Made by a program: the position numbers and the translations under genes
The notes under the pieces: generated by a model
The model's input: the letters and a program-made list of their open reading frames with translations, nothing else
Database searches by the model: none
Told to the model about the DNA's origin: nothing
Shown: in pieces, positions 1 to 12,800 of the stretch
Position numbering within the stretch: the first letter of the stretch is position 1
How the letters are laid out: the number at the start of each line of letters is the position of its first letter
From: Intoshia linei
Taxonomy: Eukaryota > Animalia > Orthonectida
Length of the DNA: 42,517 nucleotides
NCBI GenBank assembly: GCA_001642005.1
Contig: LWCA01000188.1
Span: 1 to 42,517 of the forward strand
Direction: 5' to 3'

Positions 1-1173
1 GGAGCGGTATCGAAAGCTCGATGGATGTCAAGTATTTTGTACTCTACGAAATCATATATATTTGAAATCAACCGCTCAAATCTGATGAAATCATTTTTAA
101 TTTGGATTTTTTATGGCTACTTGTCATTTTAGTTAAAAGCTGCTGACACACAAAATGCGAAGTCCAACGACCTCTGCATGCTCGATAATTGGAGAAATCT
201 ATCTAGTAGATATGATATATTTCGAAGAATCTGTAGTACTACTCGAAGGAAATTTTCGTTACTGCACGACGACTATTTCAATAAAAATATTCACTCTGTG
301 AAGAACGCTCCTTCGGTTAACGATTTCGCTGAAAGAGCCTTAATGAAGTACAAAAAATCAATTCAGCTTTTAACAGATGCAACACACAGGAAAATGATTG
401 TATCAACACTTAATTACATTAAATATTAATTAAATTAATTTAATTTTTAATAATAAATTCATTTTTTCTATGTAACACTTTATGCAAGCGCTTAAACTAA
501 GGTATGTGTTTTCATCATTAAACTATATATTTATTTAATTGTTCTAACTATACGTGAATGATGGTTCATCAAGTTTATCTATAAATAAACGCCCTTTCTC
601 TGTGTATGGTGTGACGCTAACAACTTGAACAATTCTTTGATCTTCGAGTCAATCTGTTTGTATTATTATATTCACACCAGTCTTTTTGTATATTTCGAAT
701 ACTTTTTTTGTAGCTTCGAAATTGGAGAATAGATTTTTCGTGTTTCAATGAAAGTACCCATTTAATAATCTGACGATTTGTATGTAACTTAGATTTAAAG
801 GTAAAACCGTTAAAATGACCGACGATATTATTTCCGCTTCTTTGCTTCAATGGAAATACATTATAATCCCTCAGGAAATTTGTTGGTGACTTATTGTAGT
901 TCAGTTTAAAACACATCAAATGACCGACAATACTATTTTCGCACCTTTTCGTCATGCTTCGACGTGTAAAATCGGTGGTAACCATGTCAAATAGTTTGAA
1001 CTGATGTTTATTAGTTCCAAATTTTCTTCAGAATTTTGTAAAACTTTGATTAAAGCCTGCGGATCAAGCAGGTCATTTTAGTTAATTTTAAAAACGACAT
1101 AGTGAATATATTGCTTAAGAGCAACGAATTTTCACTACGCGCAATTAAAAATTCAGATGTGTGTGGCACCCTA
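1..1173 (+). mobile_element. hATm-type DNA transposon relic (3' part of transposase plus right end)
   Basis: Frame +1 from base 1 reads GAVSKARWMSSILY...F*LKAADTQNAKSNDL...SVNDFAERAL, with the ARWM, AxxNDL and VNDxAER motifs of hATm transposases and one in-frame TAG. CACCCTA (reverse of TAGGGTG) at 1167-1173 is the probable right terminus. Confidence 0.75.
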
Positions 1174-1339
1174 GTGTTCATAAACCAAATAAAATTCCAC
1201 TGAAAAGAGAAAAAGGAACATATGAAAAACAAGATTTTGAATATGAGGAAAATGTTTGTAATCAGATATTTGAGATAAAATATCAAATAGTATCTGTCAT
1301 GGTATATTAAAAGATATATTTGGTTTTTGTAATTTATCC

Positions 1340-1680
1340 ATATCATTAGTATGGAGAAATAATCGATCAGTTTACAAAAAGTTTGAATTATTTAAAAAAT
1401 ATAATGTCGGATAAAAAAATAAGTCTACATTTTGATGGTCGTCGATGTAAAAATTGGTTAAATTAAGTAGTTGAGGAGTTAGTTATATGCGTCCAATATG
1501 AAGACAATGGAATCATTCCAATTGATGTTCATCGTTAAAAAATGGAACTGCAGCCACACTTTTATGTGGTATAAAAGATACCATGGAAATGTATGATGTA
1601 GCAGAAAATATTTGCATTATTATATACGATACACGGAAAAAATGGGGTGATAAAAATGTTAAATGATAACGTATTGTGTA
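1340..1680 (+). mobile_element. hATm transposase catalytic-core fragment (frameshifted)
   Basis: Fragments SLHFDGRRCK (about 1422-1451), IYDT and GKNGVI resemble the FDG / DTT..NTG..G motifs; broken by stops and frameshifts. Confidence 0.55.
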
Positions 1681-2410
1681 TCGATGTGTATCAAAAGTTG
1701 ATCCAATTTAATTGATCAATTCATCTATACTTTTGGTTTTTTTCATTTTATTTTAATAATATACTATTTTAGATTTTTTACTGTCGTATAACACTGTATT
1801 ATAATATTATTATGAAAGAAATGGATCCAGACAATTGTAATTTAATTTAGAATAGATACATAATTATAATTAAATATTGTCTTACCTACATATTATTAAT
1901 TATTAGAATATGAATACAAAGTTGATTTATAGTGTATTTAAGTTATATTAAGTATAATTCGTATGCGTTTTATTATTAAAAATTTTAGTTTTCATGAAAT
2001 TAAGATTAAAAAAACACATTTCTGGGCATGGTTATATTTTCTGAATTGGATTTGAGGTTCTTACAAGTGTTACACCTCTCTCGTCGCTTTTCTCTGTATC
2101 ACTCAAAAATAAGCCATCAAAAAATAAAGATATTTCTTGTGATATTCATATTTGTTGTTAATTTTGATATATCAACCAATGAGAATTTAGATAATAAACT
2201 ATCTTTCAATATTTTTTAGGAAAATCTTTATTTGCAGTGCGCATCTCGACCACCAACGTTTACGAAAAAATAAAAGTCACATAGTACTCTAAATATAAAT
2301 ACTAGCTCAATGTTTACTAAGGCTAGGAGAAACTCGCAAAATTTCTACTTTTTGAAACGCCCTAATGATCAATCATTAACAAATCATAAATACGCTTGTT
2401 ACATTTCTTA

Positions 2411-2608
2411 CTATGAATGGTAATATGGAATGAAATATATGGAATCATTGATACCTCTCATAATGAGGAAAAATAATAAATCAGTACCTCCAATAACCCA
2501 TACAATGTAGAGGTTTGAAGAATAAATTTAAATTAGAAAATTACCTAATAAGCTAACAGTATTTAGAAGCAGAATATAACCAACAAATGTTAATATTTGG
2601 TAAATCAT
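2411..2608 (-). pseudogene. Rhodopsin-like (class A) GPCR relic, TM1-TM2
   Basis: ATG at 2608 gives MIYQILTFVGYILLLNTVSLLGNFLI*IYSSNLYIVWVIGGTDLLFFLIMRG..., with TM1 GN and TM2 (S)NxY...DLL motifs. In-frame TAA at 2530-2528, TAG at 2413-2411; no clear DRY or NPxxY. Confidence 0.4.
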
Positions 2609-3259
2609 TTAATATATTAATGTTTTAATGCAATGAAAAAAATTTAATGTTATTTATAAAAATGATTAAGTATGGATAGTACATAGTATTATAGAAAAAA
2701 TATCATAAAACAGTTTAAATTGATAATGGTAATATTTAAATATTAGCGCATTGATACAATGCCTATAAAAGTAAATCTATTTATATAGTACATTTTTCAG
2801 GTAGAATTATATAATGCTATGCACATTAAGACATTTACAACTATTTATATCATTTTTCAGACATTCTTTTAAGATTTTAATTGGTTGTATCTACATTAAA
2901 AATCACAAAATGCTTATATAAAAAATATGTTTCATATATTCTTCAATTATCTATTCATGAAGATAACAACAGATAATCCAACAAATGCTTAACAAAGAAA
3001 ATATTAGAGTATGACGTGGTTATACAGTAGCGTGATTCATTGCACAAATGATATTACATGCTATATTTATATTATATATACTATATATACAGATTAAGAA
3101 AAAATTGTTTTTTGAAGTATTTACAATATTTATATATAAGTGTATTTATAATGCATTGTTTTTTAGCAATACGCATCGACAGGAATAAATCCTTTACTTA
3201 TATAAAAATAATGTTTGTGAGTAACCATGTATTCAAAACATTGACAGTCGCATGATTTA

Positions 3260-4198
3260 AAAAAACCCAATTTCTAATACAGTTTTTCCCAAAACGTGTT
3301 TTTATCTATTTTTTAGTTTCAGAATTTGCGTCCTTCATGGTTCAAAACTCAATTTTCAATTTTGTTTAAAAAACAATGAGCCCAAAAATTTAATAAAACA
3401 TACATTCTGGGACTCGTAATAAAACCATTAAGATTGTCGTTAATCTCAGCATTAGAAACGCATACCCTCATCGTCAAAGTCCCAAATTACTCTTTGTTTT
3501 AAAAATGAAACATATCCTAAAATTTTGTTTAACATAAATTCTGGGGTAGTTTTTAAAATCATAAACATTACCATAACATTAATAAATGGAAACCTCAAAA
3601 ATAATAATTTTGACGATCAAAGTCAACATAACCATTTTTTTTAAAATTAAAAGAGTCCTATAATTTAAATTAACGGTAAATCTTAAAGACTTGAGTAAAT
3701 TAATCAACCCGTCTTGCGTAAAGTAAAGAATGGAAAGTCTTAACTCGTAAAGTAAATAACTATTACTTTTGTACTGTTGGGTTAAAATTTTGTAGTGATA
3801 TTTTCTGGAATAAGCTCTATCAGAATAATTTTTTTTTTTAATTTTCGGACCGTTAATTATTTCGTTTTAATAAAATATTTTGGAAAAAAAATATATGAAT
3901 ACTAAAATGCTTTTTTGACCGTGAAGGCGTCACTTTATCAGATTAAAAATTTTTATGTGTTAACAGGACACAACTTTACCACCTGTAAATTTTTTTAAAT
4001 TCTCGTTTAATTTTCAAAAAAAGGACAATTGGGCTTTTTGACCCGTAAGATGTGAGTTTGGAAGGTTGAAATTTATCTTATCAAAACCCCGGAAAGAACT
4101 GTAATAGAAATGTGGACTTTATAAAATTCTAAGACTGGTAGTTATTGAAATAAACGACAACACACACATACAAACAAACCATATTAAATAAGTAAGGA
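3260..4198. mobile_element. Non-autonomous Helitron-like repeat (plus-strand body fragment joined to a minus-strand 5' copy)
   Basis: Reverse complement of 3775-4198 begins A|TCCTTACTTATTTAATATGGTTTGTTTGTATGTGTGTG and aligns by eye with 25764-26290; 3260-3700 matches subrepeats at 17060-17230. Confidence 0.65.
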
Positions 4199-5192
4199 TG
4201 TTTACGTTTACTAATAATAATAATAAATGATCGATAATGAATTATATTCTCATTTAATATTATTGTTAAAAACAAGGTTATCTTATCAATCATATCAAGG
4301 TTTATTGAAACTTTTTCTGGTGGAGCACCTAGAATTTTCTGGTACCACTTTGGAAGTTACTGATCTAAGGGTTAATGTTAACAAAGTTAAAATACATAAA
4401 CTTATTCACAATCATGACATTTTTCTGTCGAATACATTTGCATAAATGAAATTTTCATGTCGCATATATTGGAATTTTTTTGTTTAAGGGTTATATATTT
4501 GTATTGCATTTCATTTTTCTCACAAGATTTTAAAAAGCCACGATTCCACGAATTTCGAAATATGTCATTTAAATTTGAGATAATATATTTTTAAACACTA
4601 ATTTACATACATTACACAATATACAGTACTTTTATTGGTTAATATTAACATGTTTGGATTTATTTGGAAAAATATGAACGGTATTAATAATAATTAAAAG
4701 TCCATTGATTCCGGATAGTAACTAAATTTAAAACAATGATCAATACATATTGAAAAATAAACATCATTACGTTATATTATAAACTTCCATTTATAATAAA
4801 TGGAATGAGTACTGTTCTGAATATTAGGATGAGATACGCTTAACACTATTCGGTCAATCTTTATTAAATTTTGAACATTCATAGTAAAAAAAACACAAGT
4901 TTCCAATTTCAAATAAATACAATTGCTTCAACTTCAAACTTTTGAACATATCTCATCAATGAATCTACCAATTTCGATACTATTTTATATAGATAAAAGT
5001 AAGCATTCATTAAAATTATTTCACAAAGTATAGATTCAATCTGATGAGATTTCAAATAAAAATTATCAAAAAATAGTATCCAAGCCCATTAGGGTGTCAC
5101 ACCCATCAAAGAATTAAGGGCGGTTAGTGCGGAAAATGTGTATTATCATGATATATAAAATAATCTAGAATGGGGTATTGCAAAGATGCCGA

Positions 5193-5624
5193 TTCGAGAT
5201 GCGCTCATCATTTTAAATATCCTTTTTAAAATTGTATAGAAAAATTTAAATTTAACTTTATTTTTTGCAAAAATAGCATTGTGATAGGTTGTTATGGTTT
5301 ATATTTTATGGTCTCAATACCCACGCTTAACCATAATAAATTATTAAAATATATATTAAATTTCGGTCATTTGAAATGGTATTTTAAAAACTTGTATAAA
5401 ATTATTGCATAAATAACCAAAATTTTACATCGATAAAAACCACAAAAATCGAGCTAGAATCAAATTTTAAACATCGAAATGTATGGTTAAGCGTGGGTAT
5501 TGAGACCATATAATATAAACCATAACAACCTATCATAATGCTATTTTTGCAAAAAATAAAGTTAAATTTAAATTTTTCTATACAATTTTCAAAAGGATAT
5601 TTAAAATGATGAGCGCAACTCGGA
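5193..5624. repeat. Near-perfect inverted repeat, about 143-bp arms with 146-bp spacer
   Basis: 5193-5335 is the reverse complement of 5482-5624 with few mismatches (e.g. GGTCTCAATACCCACGCTTAACCATA / TATGGTTAAGCGTGGGTATTGAGACC). Confidence 0.92.
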
Positions 5625-5721
5625 TAAGTATCATTAGATATTTTTAATTGCGACATAATGCTTCTATTTTAAAAATACACATGTAATGAATAAATTTAGT
5701 CACTATTACTTTATCCATTAT

Positions 5722-5754
5722 CGTGAAAATAACGTGAAAATAACGTGAAAATAA
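5722..5754. repeat. 11-bp tandem repeat (CGTGAAAATAA)x3
   Basis: Directly visible; lies inside the MITE. Confidence 0.85.
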
Positions 5755-6110
5755 TTTACTTTAAATATTAAATTTATATCTTTGATTTTAAATATGTAAT
5801 TCATTACAACACATATTGATTACTAACCGCCAATTAAATTCTAAAAATTTAAAAAAAATGTGACACTCTAAAGCTCATTGACATTATAAAATAATAAATG
5901 AATAAAAAACAATAAAAATAGCATCGTTCGTTTCGTTCAGAACCAACAGGAGCTGGCTCTGAGAACTGAGTCCGTTTTCAAATGTTTTTATAAAAGCTCG
6001 AATTCAAGAAAAGATAAAATTTAAAATACAAAGAAAACTATTTTTCAAAAATTGGAAAAAAATATATTAAAAGTAGACCTAATCATCAAGTCTAATTCTA
6101 ACAACAGGTA

Positions 6111-6639
6111 TTACATTTTATAGATATGAAAACAATTTTTAGAAAATACCCCAACAAATATAGCATTCTTTTTTCTAGATTCAATTTTATCAAAACTGAA
6201 ATGATCATCGAGCATTAGTAAATCTTTAGCAAGTTTAATAATAAACTGTTGTCTCTTAGCATCACAATTATTAAAAGCTCTAATATAGGTGAAAAACACG
6301 GCGATGTTTAAAGTAGCATAAGATACAAATCCTATAATTAATGCGAGATTCATCAATAAGAGCTAAAAATAAAATATAAAACATGAAATCATAAAAATAC
6401 ATAAAATTTGATTATGTCTGATTTTTCTTTACGCATCATGATTATCAAACTTAGTATTGACATGATCGATGCCAATAAGGTGATAACAAACCCTGCCTTC
6501 CTTAAATAAACAACATCGATGGTAAAACATAACCCAAACAGGCAGTTTGCAATAATCTATATAAAAATATTACAACATATATACAATTAATAACCGTTTC
6601 AATAATATTCAAAAAAATATAGAATGTACGCTTTTTCAT
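6111..6639 (-). CDS. Spliced multi-pass membrane protein, tetraspanin-like N-terminal half; 3' part disrupted
   Basis: Exons 6639-6595, 6556-6401, 6362-6111 joined by two 38-nt phase-0 GT-AG introns give MKKRTFYIFLNIIET|IIANCLFGLCFTIDVVYLRKAGFVITLLASIMSILSLIIMMRKEKSDIIKFY|LLLMNLALIIGFVSYATLNIAVFF... Three TM segments with tetraspanin-like spacing; no CCG motif; hydrophobic frame continues past stops. Confidence 0.5.
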
Positions 6640-6896
6640 GTATAAATATTTAGGCTGCTGCAATTTTACAACATTTACACAAGTTGTACAAACATTTAAT
6701 TTATTTATCAGAATCAAGATATTAAACAAAATGATTTCGGATATTATCTATAGTTGAACCCGTTTAAAGTTGAAAAAAATTTAAATGAAATAATTATACT
6801 TTTAATAGTTATATCGCAATAATTGATAAAATTAAAAATTTCAGTATTTTAAAAAAATTTATCAACAATTTAGAAATTTACAATATACAAAATATA

Positions 6897-9800
6897 TTAG
6901 AAATAATTTGTTAAATTCAAAATGAATTTCTTTTCATTTTCCGGAAAGTTTTCTAGTGTATTTGTATTTTCAGTTACATTAGTACCATCACACGTTTCAG
7001 TGTTTTGTTCATTTACTGTGTCGACATTATTGGCATGTTCTAAATATTTTATTTATGAAAATCTTATAATTACGTTCAAGTATTTTTTTGATGTATTGCA
7101 TTTTACAATTCTTAATGCTTAACAAACTTTTTATTTTGTTTTTCATCTAAATTTAAATAATGTTTAATTAATATTATAATGGTAAAATATAATTATATCA
7201 TGTTATCAATGAATAAATCAATCAGCTTTCATAGTAAAGTGGTAACAACACTCGTTAAGCCTATTAAACCTGATTAATTCATTGATTAAAGATACTTTTT
7301 AAAAAATAAAAAATGGAGGTCATACAGCCATCAATATTAAATTAAAACCAATTAAATACTTTTAAATTAAAAATATGTACCTTCGTATGGCCTTCTTTAG
7401 TAATGATTCCAAGAATAATAACAATTTGTTGTAAAGTAAATAAACCCAATCCAAGCAATTCTACATACTGTTCTTGATTCTAAAAATTACAAGTAAAAAA
7501 ATTAAATTTAAATTACGTTTAAATGTTTCAATTTCTGTTTTTCAATTATATCACGATATTCAACAAAAAATTCAATTAATCTTTCAATTTTTTCATAATT
7601 ATTTTCAGTGAATTTGTCTAGTAATCGAGACGGGTCAGTAGATTTTTTCAAAAGTGAACATATAATTGAGAGTACATGTTCTAAATCCAATTCTATTTTA
7701 ACTGTTTGAATTTTATCTCAAGGTTATATTTCATTGTCCATTTAAATTTTAAATTAAATTAAAATTAATTATCACCAATTCGATTTTGTTCGTTATATAA
7801 ATTATACCGAATGGAAGAATAAATAATAAGCATTACATAATTTCCAAATTATAGAAATTATTTAATTAATGAAATTACTTATTGTATTATACATTGAATT
7901 ACAAAAAAATTTGTTACATAATTTAGTGTTTTTAAAAACATAACATGTATATAGGTTCATCCTTTGAACGGGTTCAACCAGTGCTGAACCTACCGCACTC
8001 GAGACCCCTCTTCGGGGCCTAGACGAAAATTTTGTAAAATGGAGATATCATTTTTTCAAATTTGAGCATTAAAAAATTATATTGCTGAATATCATAACTA
8101 TTTTGTATAAAAATTTAATTGGTGATTAGTAAAGATTTTACTTGCGATATTAGATGTAATATTTTGTACTAATTAAAATAGGGTGCATTACATTAAATCT
8201 CAAAAACTATAATATTTTTGACTATAAAATAAACTGGGCGTGATTTAAAAATAATATTGATATCACGTTGGTCAGCTCATTCAAATGAACAAGATGATGC
8301 ATTTATAATTTTTGCATATATTTGTTGTACTGTGATATTAAAATTTAATTTAAATACATTAGCTTTTATAGAAGAATATAAACTAGGGCAGTTCAAAAAA
8401 AATTATGCCAAATATAAAATACCTTCAATTTCCAATTTATTTGGACCAGATTTATTGTGGCACACTGGCGTCGACATAAAAACAGAAAAAATTGATCTTA
8501 ACCCTAAAGCATCAATAAAACGATCACAATATGGCGCTGAGTCATTATCACTCAAAATATGATTAATAACGTTTAAAGCTCCAAAGCGAGATACTTTCTT
8601 TTCTCTAAATAATATAATATTGATAAAAGTTATACCCGTTACATAAAAAAAGTTTCTAAATTTTTAATTATACAAAATATTAAAACTTTCAAATAAAATT
8701 AAAAAATGACAATTTTAGTCAACATTGTAAGGTAAAGCTTTACTGGTTAGTAAATATAGAAACACTGCACTGCAATCAAATACGTTTATGAAATCAAAAT
8801 AACCTCATCATGAGTACCATCAATTCAATACCTTCCCCGTCAAGAAATAATTTTTTGTTCTCCTTCAAAACAAATGAAGCACATAAACAATTGAAAACAT
8901 TAAACATTAATTCATATTCTGTAACAGTTCGTGGATTGCGTCTTTTAAAAGTCTAAAATAAATTAATTTGATTATAAAAAAAATTACAGAAACGCAATGT
9001 AATAGACTGTCGATTCCTTTGATGGTGCGTATTTTATTTGATACAACTAATAATAAAATGAGGTTAATGTATACGTTACAGCAGGGCGGCAACCAGTGAC
9101 CCACACAATAATTTTGGTGACATTTTGAGTAAATATGTCAATTATTTATTTTTCAACTTTTAAACACAGTTTAAAAATTTTTTAACATAATTAGCTCATT
9201 AATCATTTCTCTTCAGTTAAAATTGCAATGCATCCTGTATCAATGTTAAAAACGAGGCGCGTAGAATTTTTTGATATAAAAAATAGTACCTTGATACCCA
9301 CGTGATGCAATAGGTTGCAGCCCCTAAAGTACAGCATGGTTTAACTTTTATTAATATGAACATGGTTTATTGAACCAAAGCCGAGTCTGTACTAAAAATG
9401 AGATCGAGGTGACACCAAAAAACTAAACAGATAATGATGTTAAAGTGTGTCAACAGAATCAACCCATGAAAACTATAAATTACTTGCATCAGTTTGCAAT
9501 AGAATCGCCAAAATTTCGGCAGCATAAGATTTGTTGGTTTCATTCATAGATTTACTCTAATTACAAATATGTATTAATTAATTGAAATTACATTTTTCAT
9601 ATCAAAATACAATTATGTGATAACTACGTCAACAAAATAAATACTTACATACAGACGTCTCATTATAATGATATATTTGATGATGACATTATTGCAATAC
9701 ATGTACATAAATTTTAAATTATTTAAAATATTCTCAACAATAAATTATCCCCTAAGATAAAATCTATTGATCAACCATAAGTAAATTATAAGAGTTTTCA

Positions 9801-12800
9801 TATATTTCATAGTTAAAAATGTATGCATGTTTGTTTACTTATTTGTGCCAGTTTATTTAAAAACGTAAGAGGAGTTGAGTTTTAAACATTCCATATTTCT
9901 ATAACATTGTTAACTACATTTTTCTATAACAGTTTTTCCAATGTCATGTTTTATTGCAAATTTCAATATCAGCAATTAAGTTCTTCAATATTAAAAACCC
10001 TCAAAAAGTCTTTTGTTTTTAAATTCAAACCCGTCCTAGAATTACAAAAATACACATTCTAATAAAAAATTTTTCATATTCAAAATCTTCACGGTCAAAA
10101 CCACAAATTACATTTTTTTGTAAAAATTAAGACCTATAATTTTATACAACATAAATACTGAAAAAAGGTAATTTTCGATGTCAAAAACCCAGATTACCTT
10201 TTTTTTAAAAATGAAAACAGACCTAGAATTTTAAAAAAAATTACTAATGATAGTTATACCCAGTTAACACACACAAAAAATTTCAATCTGATTAAGTGAC
10301 GCCTTCGTGTTCAAAAAAACACTTTAATAATCATTTTTTTTACTTCGAAACTATTTTATTAAAACATAAAATATGAAATAATTAACGGTCGTTTATAAAT
10401 TAAAAAAAAATTTATTCTGATACAGCTTATTCCAGTTCATGTAATTACAAAATTTCAACCCCATAAATTTACGCATTCCCGGTGAAAAATAATTTTTAAT
10501 ATATTATGAACAAAATATTTTTCAAATGTGGGTTTAAAATAATAAATTTTAAAAAAAGTGTTCATTAAATATATACACATTTCCAAATCATAAATATTGG
10601 TAGAAATCTATATAATTGATTCCTAAGAATTTTTTTGATTACTACGCAATTTTTCATTTTCAAAATAATATTGGTTATAGCGCCATATATATTTAAAAAC
10701 GTTCCCTGAGGGGCGCTAACGTTTATGCTTACATTGAGAAGCACGTATATATTGTACAGAGCGTGATTAACGTTTTTCCTCAGAGTCGCTACTGTCTCAT
10801 TACTTCACTTAACGTGAAACATAAACCAAAAATATTAAAATTACCCTCAATTTTTTAACAATCCAATTAACCATATTTTGATCACACAATAATTTAATAA
10901 ATTTGGAATCATATTCAATTAAATTTTCCGTGATTTCCAAACATTTAAAAATGGCACTACATTCATCTCTGTCACGATCATCTAATACGCCAATACAGTG
11001 CAACAATACATCAAAAATATTGAGATCAGCCAATGGGTCAATTAGCATATTAAAATTATCAACTTGATCAGTTTCGACAACATCATCCAAATCAATCAAA
11101 TCATTTAATACTTCAATGGTAGAGGTAATAATATCTTAATACAGAATAATCAATTTTAAAAAATAAACTAAAAACCTGTATTTTCATGTCGAAGTAATTT
11201 AAAAAATAAAGTAAGGCCTCCAAGGTCAACAAAATTTGGATACAAATGATAAGATGTACTCAAAATGCTAATACAATGAATGGCATCGTTTAATAATACT
11301 TCAGATTCCATAAATCTAATGACAATATATAATAATATAACAGATCTCTCTTGATTCACGCGAAATTCGGTTAATATCACAAAGGTACGCGTTCACGGTA
11401 TGAAAAGCAATTTAATATTTTAATATTAAAAAAAGAATCTATTAAATTCTGATACAGTCAATTATTCCAGTCAATCTATGTAAAAAATTTCAACCTCAGA
11501 AAACTACGAATTCGTGGTCAAAAATAACTTTTAATACAGGCTAATTTTTATTTAACGGAATTGCTTTATAACGGAAAAAATCCTGATTAACGGACTGTGT
11601 ATTTTTCTGAAATATAAAAATTCCGTTAAATTTTAACTTAACTCTTACGAGACAATTGCATGCATAAATGCATACTACTACACTCATAAATTTACATTGG
11701 TTTGTATACAAACCAAAATAAGGCGGTATCGAATGAAATTACTGCTGATACAATAACATGTAACATGCGTAAAAATTAATTTCATTATCAATTTTTACTT
11801 TGTATTGTAATTACCTGTCATAAATTAAATATATTTTATTGCTAATTCTAAGCCAAATATTAAAACCACATTTAAGTTTGTCACTTTACAAATCACTTTA
11901 CCGTGCGGACGACTTGTTTGGCAACAGTAGATTTTTTTTCAAAAAGGAAAGCCAAAATCGTAAAAATTTGCTGCTGGTTTAATTATTTAATAATTTATTT
12001 AATTATTTGTTTAATCATCTCAAATGGTTCCAAAACATCAGATAAAATTTGAAACTTTAAACCTACAAGGTGGAACGCTTAAAAAGAATACAGATATTGC
12101 CAACAACATGCAACAATACAAGATGACCGCCCTCTGCACAACAGAAACCAAACTAAAGATAGACCAAGGTGGAAAAACATTGTAGCAAAATTCCACGAGC
12201 TGTAGTGTCAACCGACGTATACGCAGCAAGAAAGAAAAACTTTACAAATCATTGATTTCAATGACATTTGAAATTTCTGAATTTTAAGTTTTAAATTTTA
12301 CTGTTTTTTAACATTTCAAAAGTGAAATTTTTTTTTCAATTTTGAAAATCAACATAGTCTCGTAAGAGTTAAAATGACTAGCATCATAATTATATTAAAG
12401 CTTTTCAAAATATTAAATTTTAGATACGAGTATTCAAATGAAATGTCATCAATTTAAACTATTTCATGCGTATCGAAAAATTAAAAATAATAGGTAAATG
12501 GGAGTGTTTATTGTCTAATCATTAGACTATAATGCCTAAGATTGATATCTCATTTTTTACTTACATTTTATATATCTTGTCATTTTTAAAATCTCACATA
12601 AGATAAGATATTTTGGTGTCTAAGGGTTAAATATCAAACCTGAATCTAAAAAATTAATTAAAATTAAACTAAAAAATCTCAAAATTCTACTACTAAAAAT
12701 AAAAAAGAATATTTTGCATTTTATTTTTCGCCTACTTAAAGTTTGTATAATTAATTACAAGATTAGTTAACTATATCTAAACATACTTTTCCGGTGTTTC

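Larger units (their letters stand above)
5090..5870. mobile_element. hATm-type MITE with internal long inverted repeat
   Basis: Ends TAGGGTGTCACA / TGTGACACTCTA with inverted subterminal GGCGGTTAGT / ACTAACCGCC; flanks AAGCCCAT (5082-5089) and AAGCTCAT (5871-5878) form an 8-bp TSD with one mismatch. Confidence 0.8.

Noticed and set aside
5041-5060. Hammerhead ribozyme at CTGATGAG
   Set aside because: No stem II or GAAA core follows; the minus-strand CTGATGA near 12950 also lacks a closing pair.
5900-6050. SECIS element explaining TGA codons
   Set aside because: The hairpin lacks the AUGA/GA quartet and apical AA.
8498-8510. piggyBac left end TTAACCCT
   Set aside because: Lies within a CTNNBL1 coding exon (ALGLRS); coincidental.
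8257-8562. 101-aa plus-strand ORF as a gene
   Set aside because: Its 3' half is the antisense of CTNNBL1 exon 8604-8423 and its 5' half is TE debris.
12038-12229. 63-aa hydrophobic minus-strand ORF
   Set aside because: Antisense shadow of the APE endonuclease fragment.
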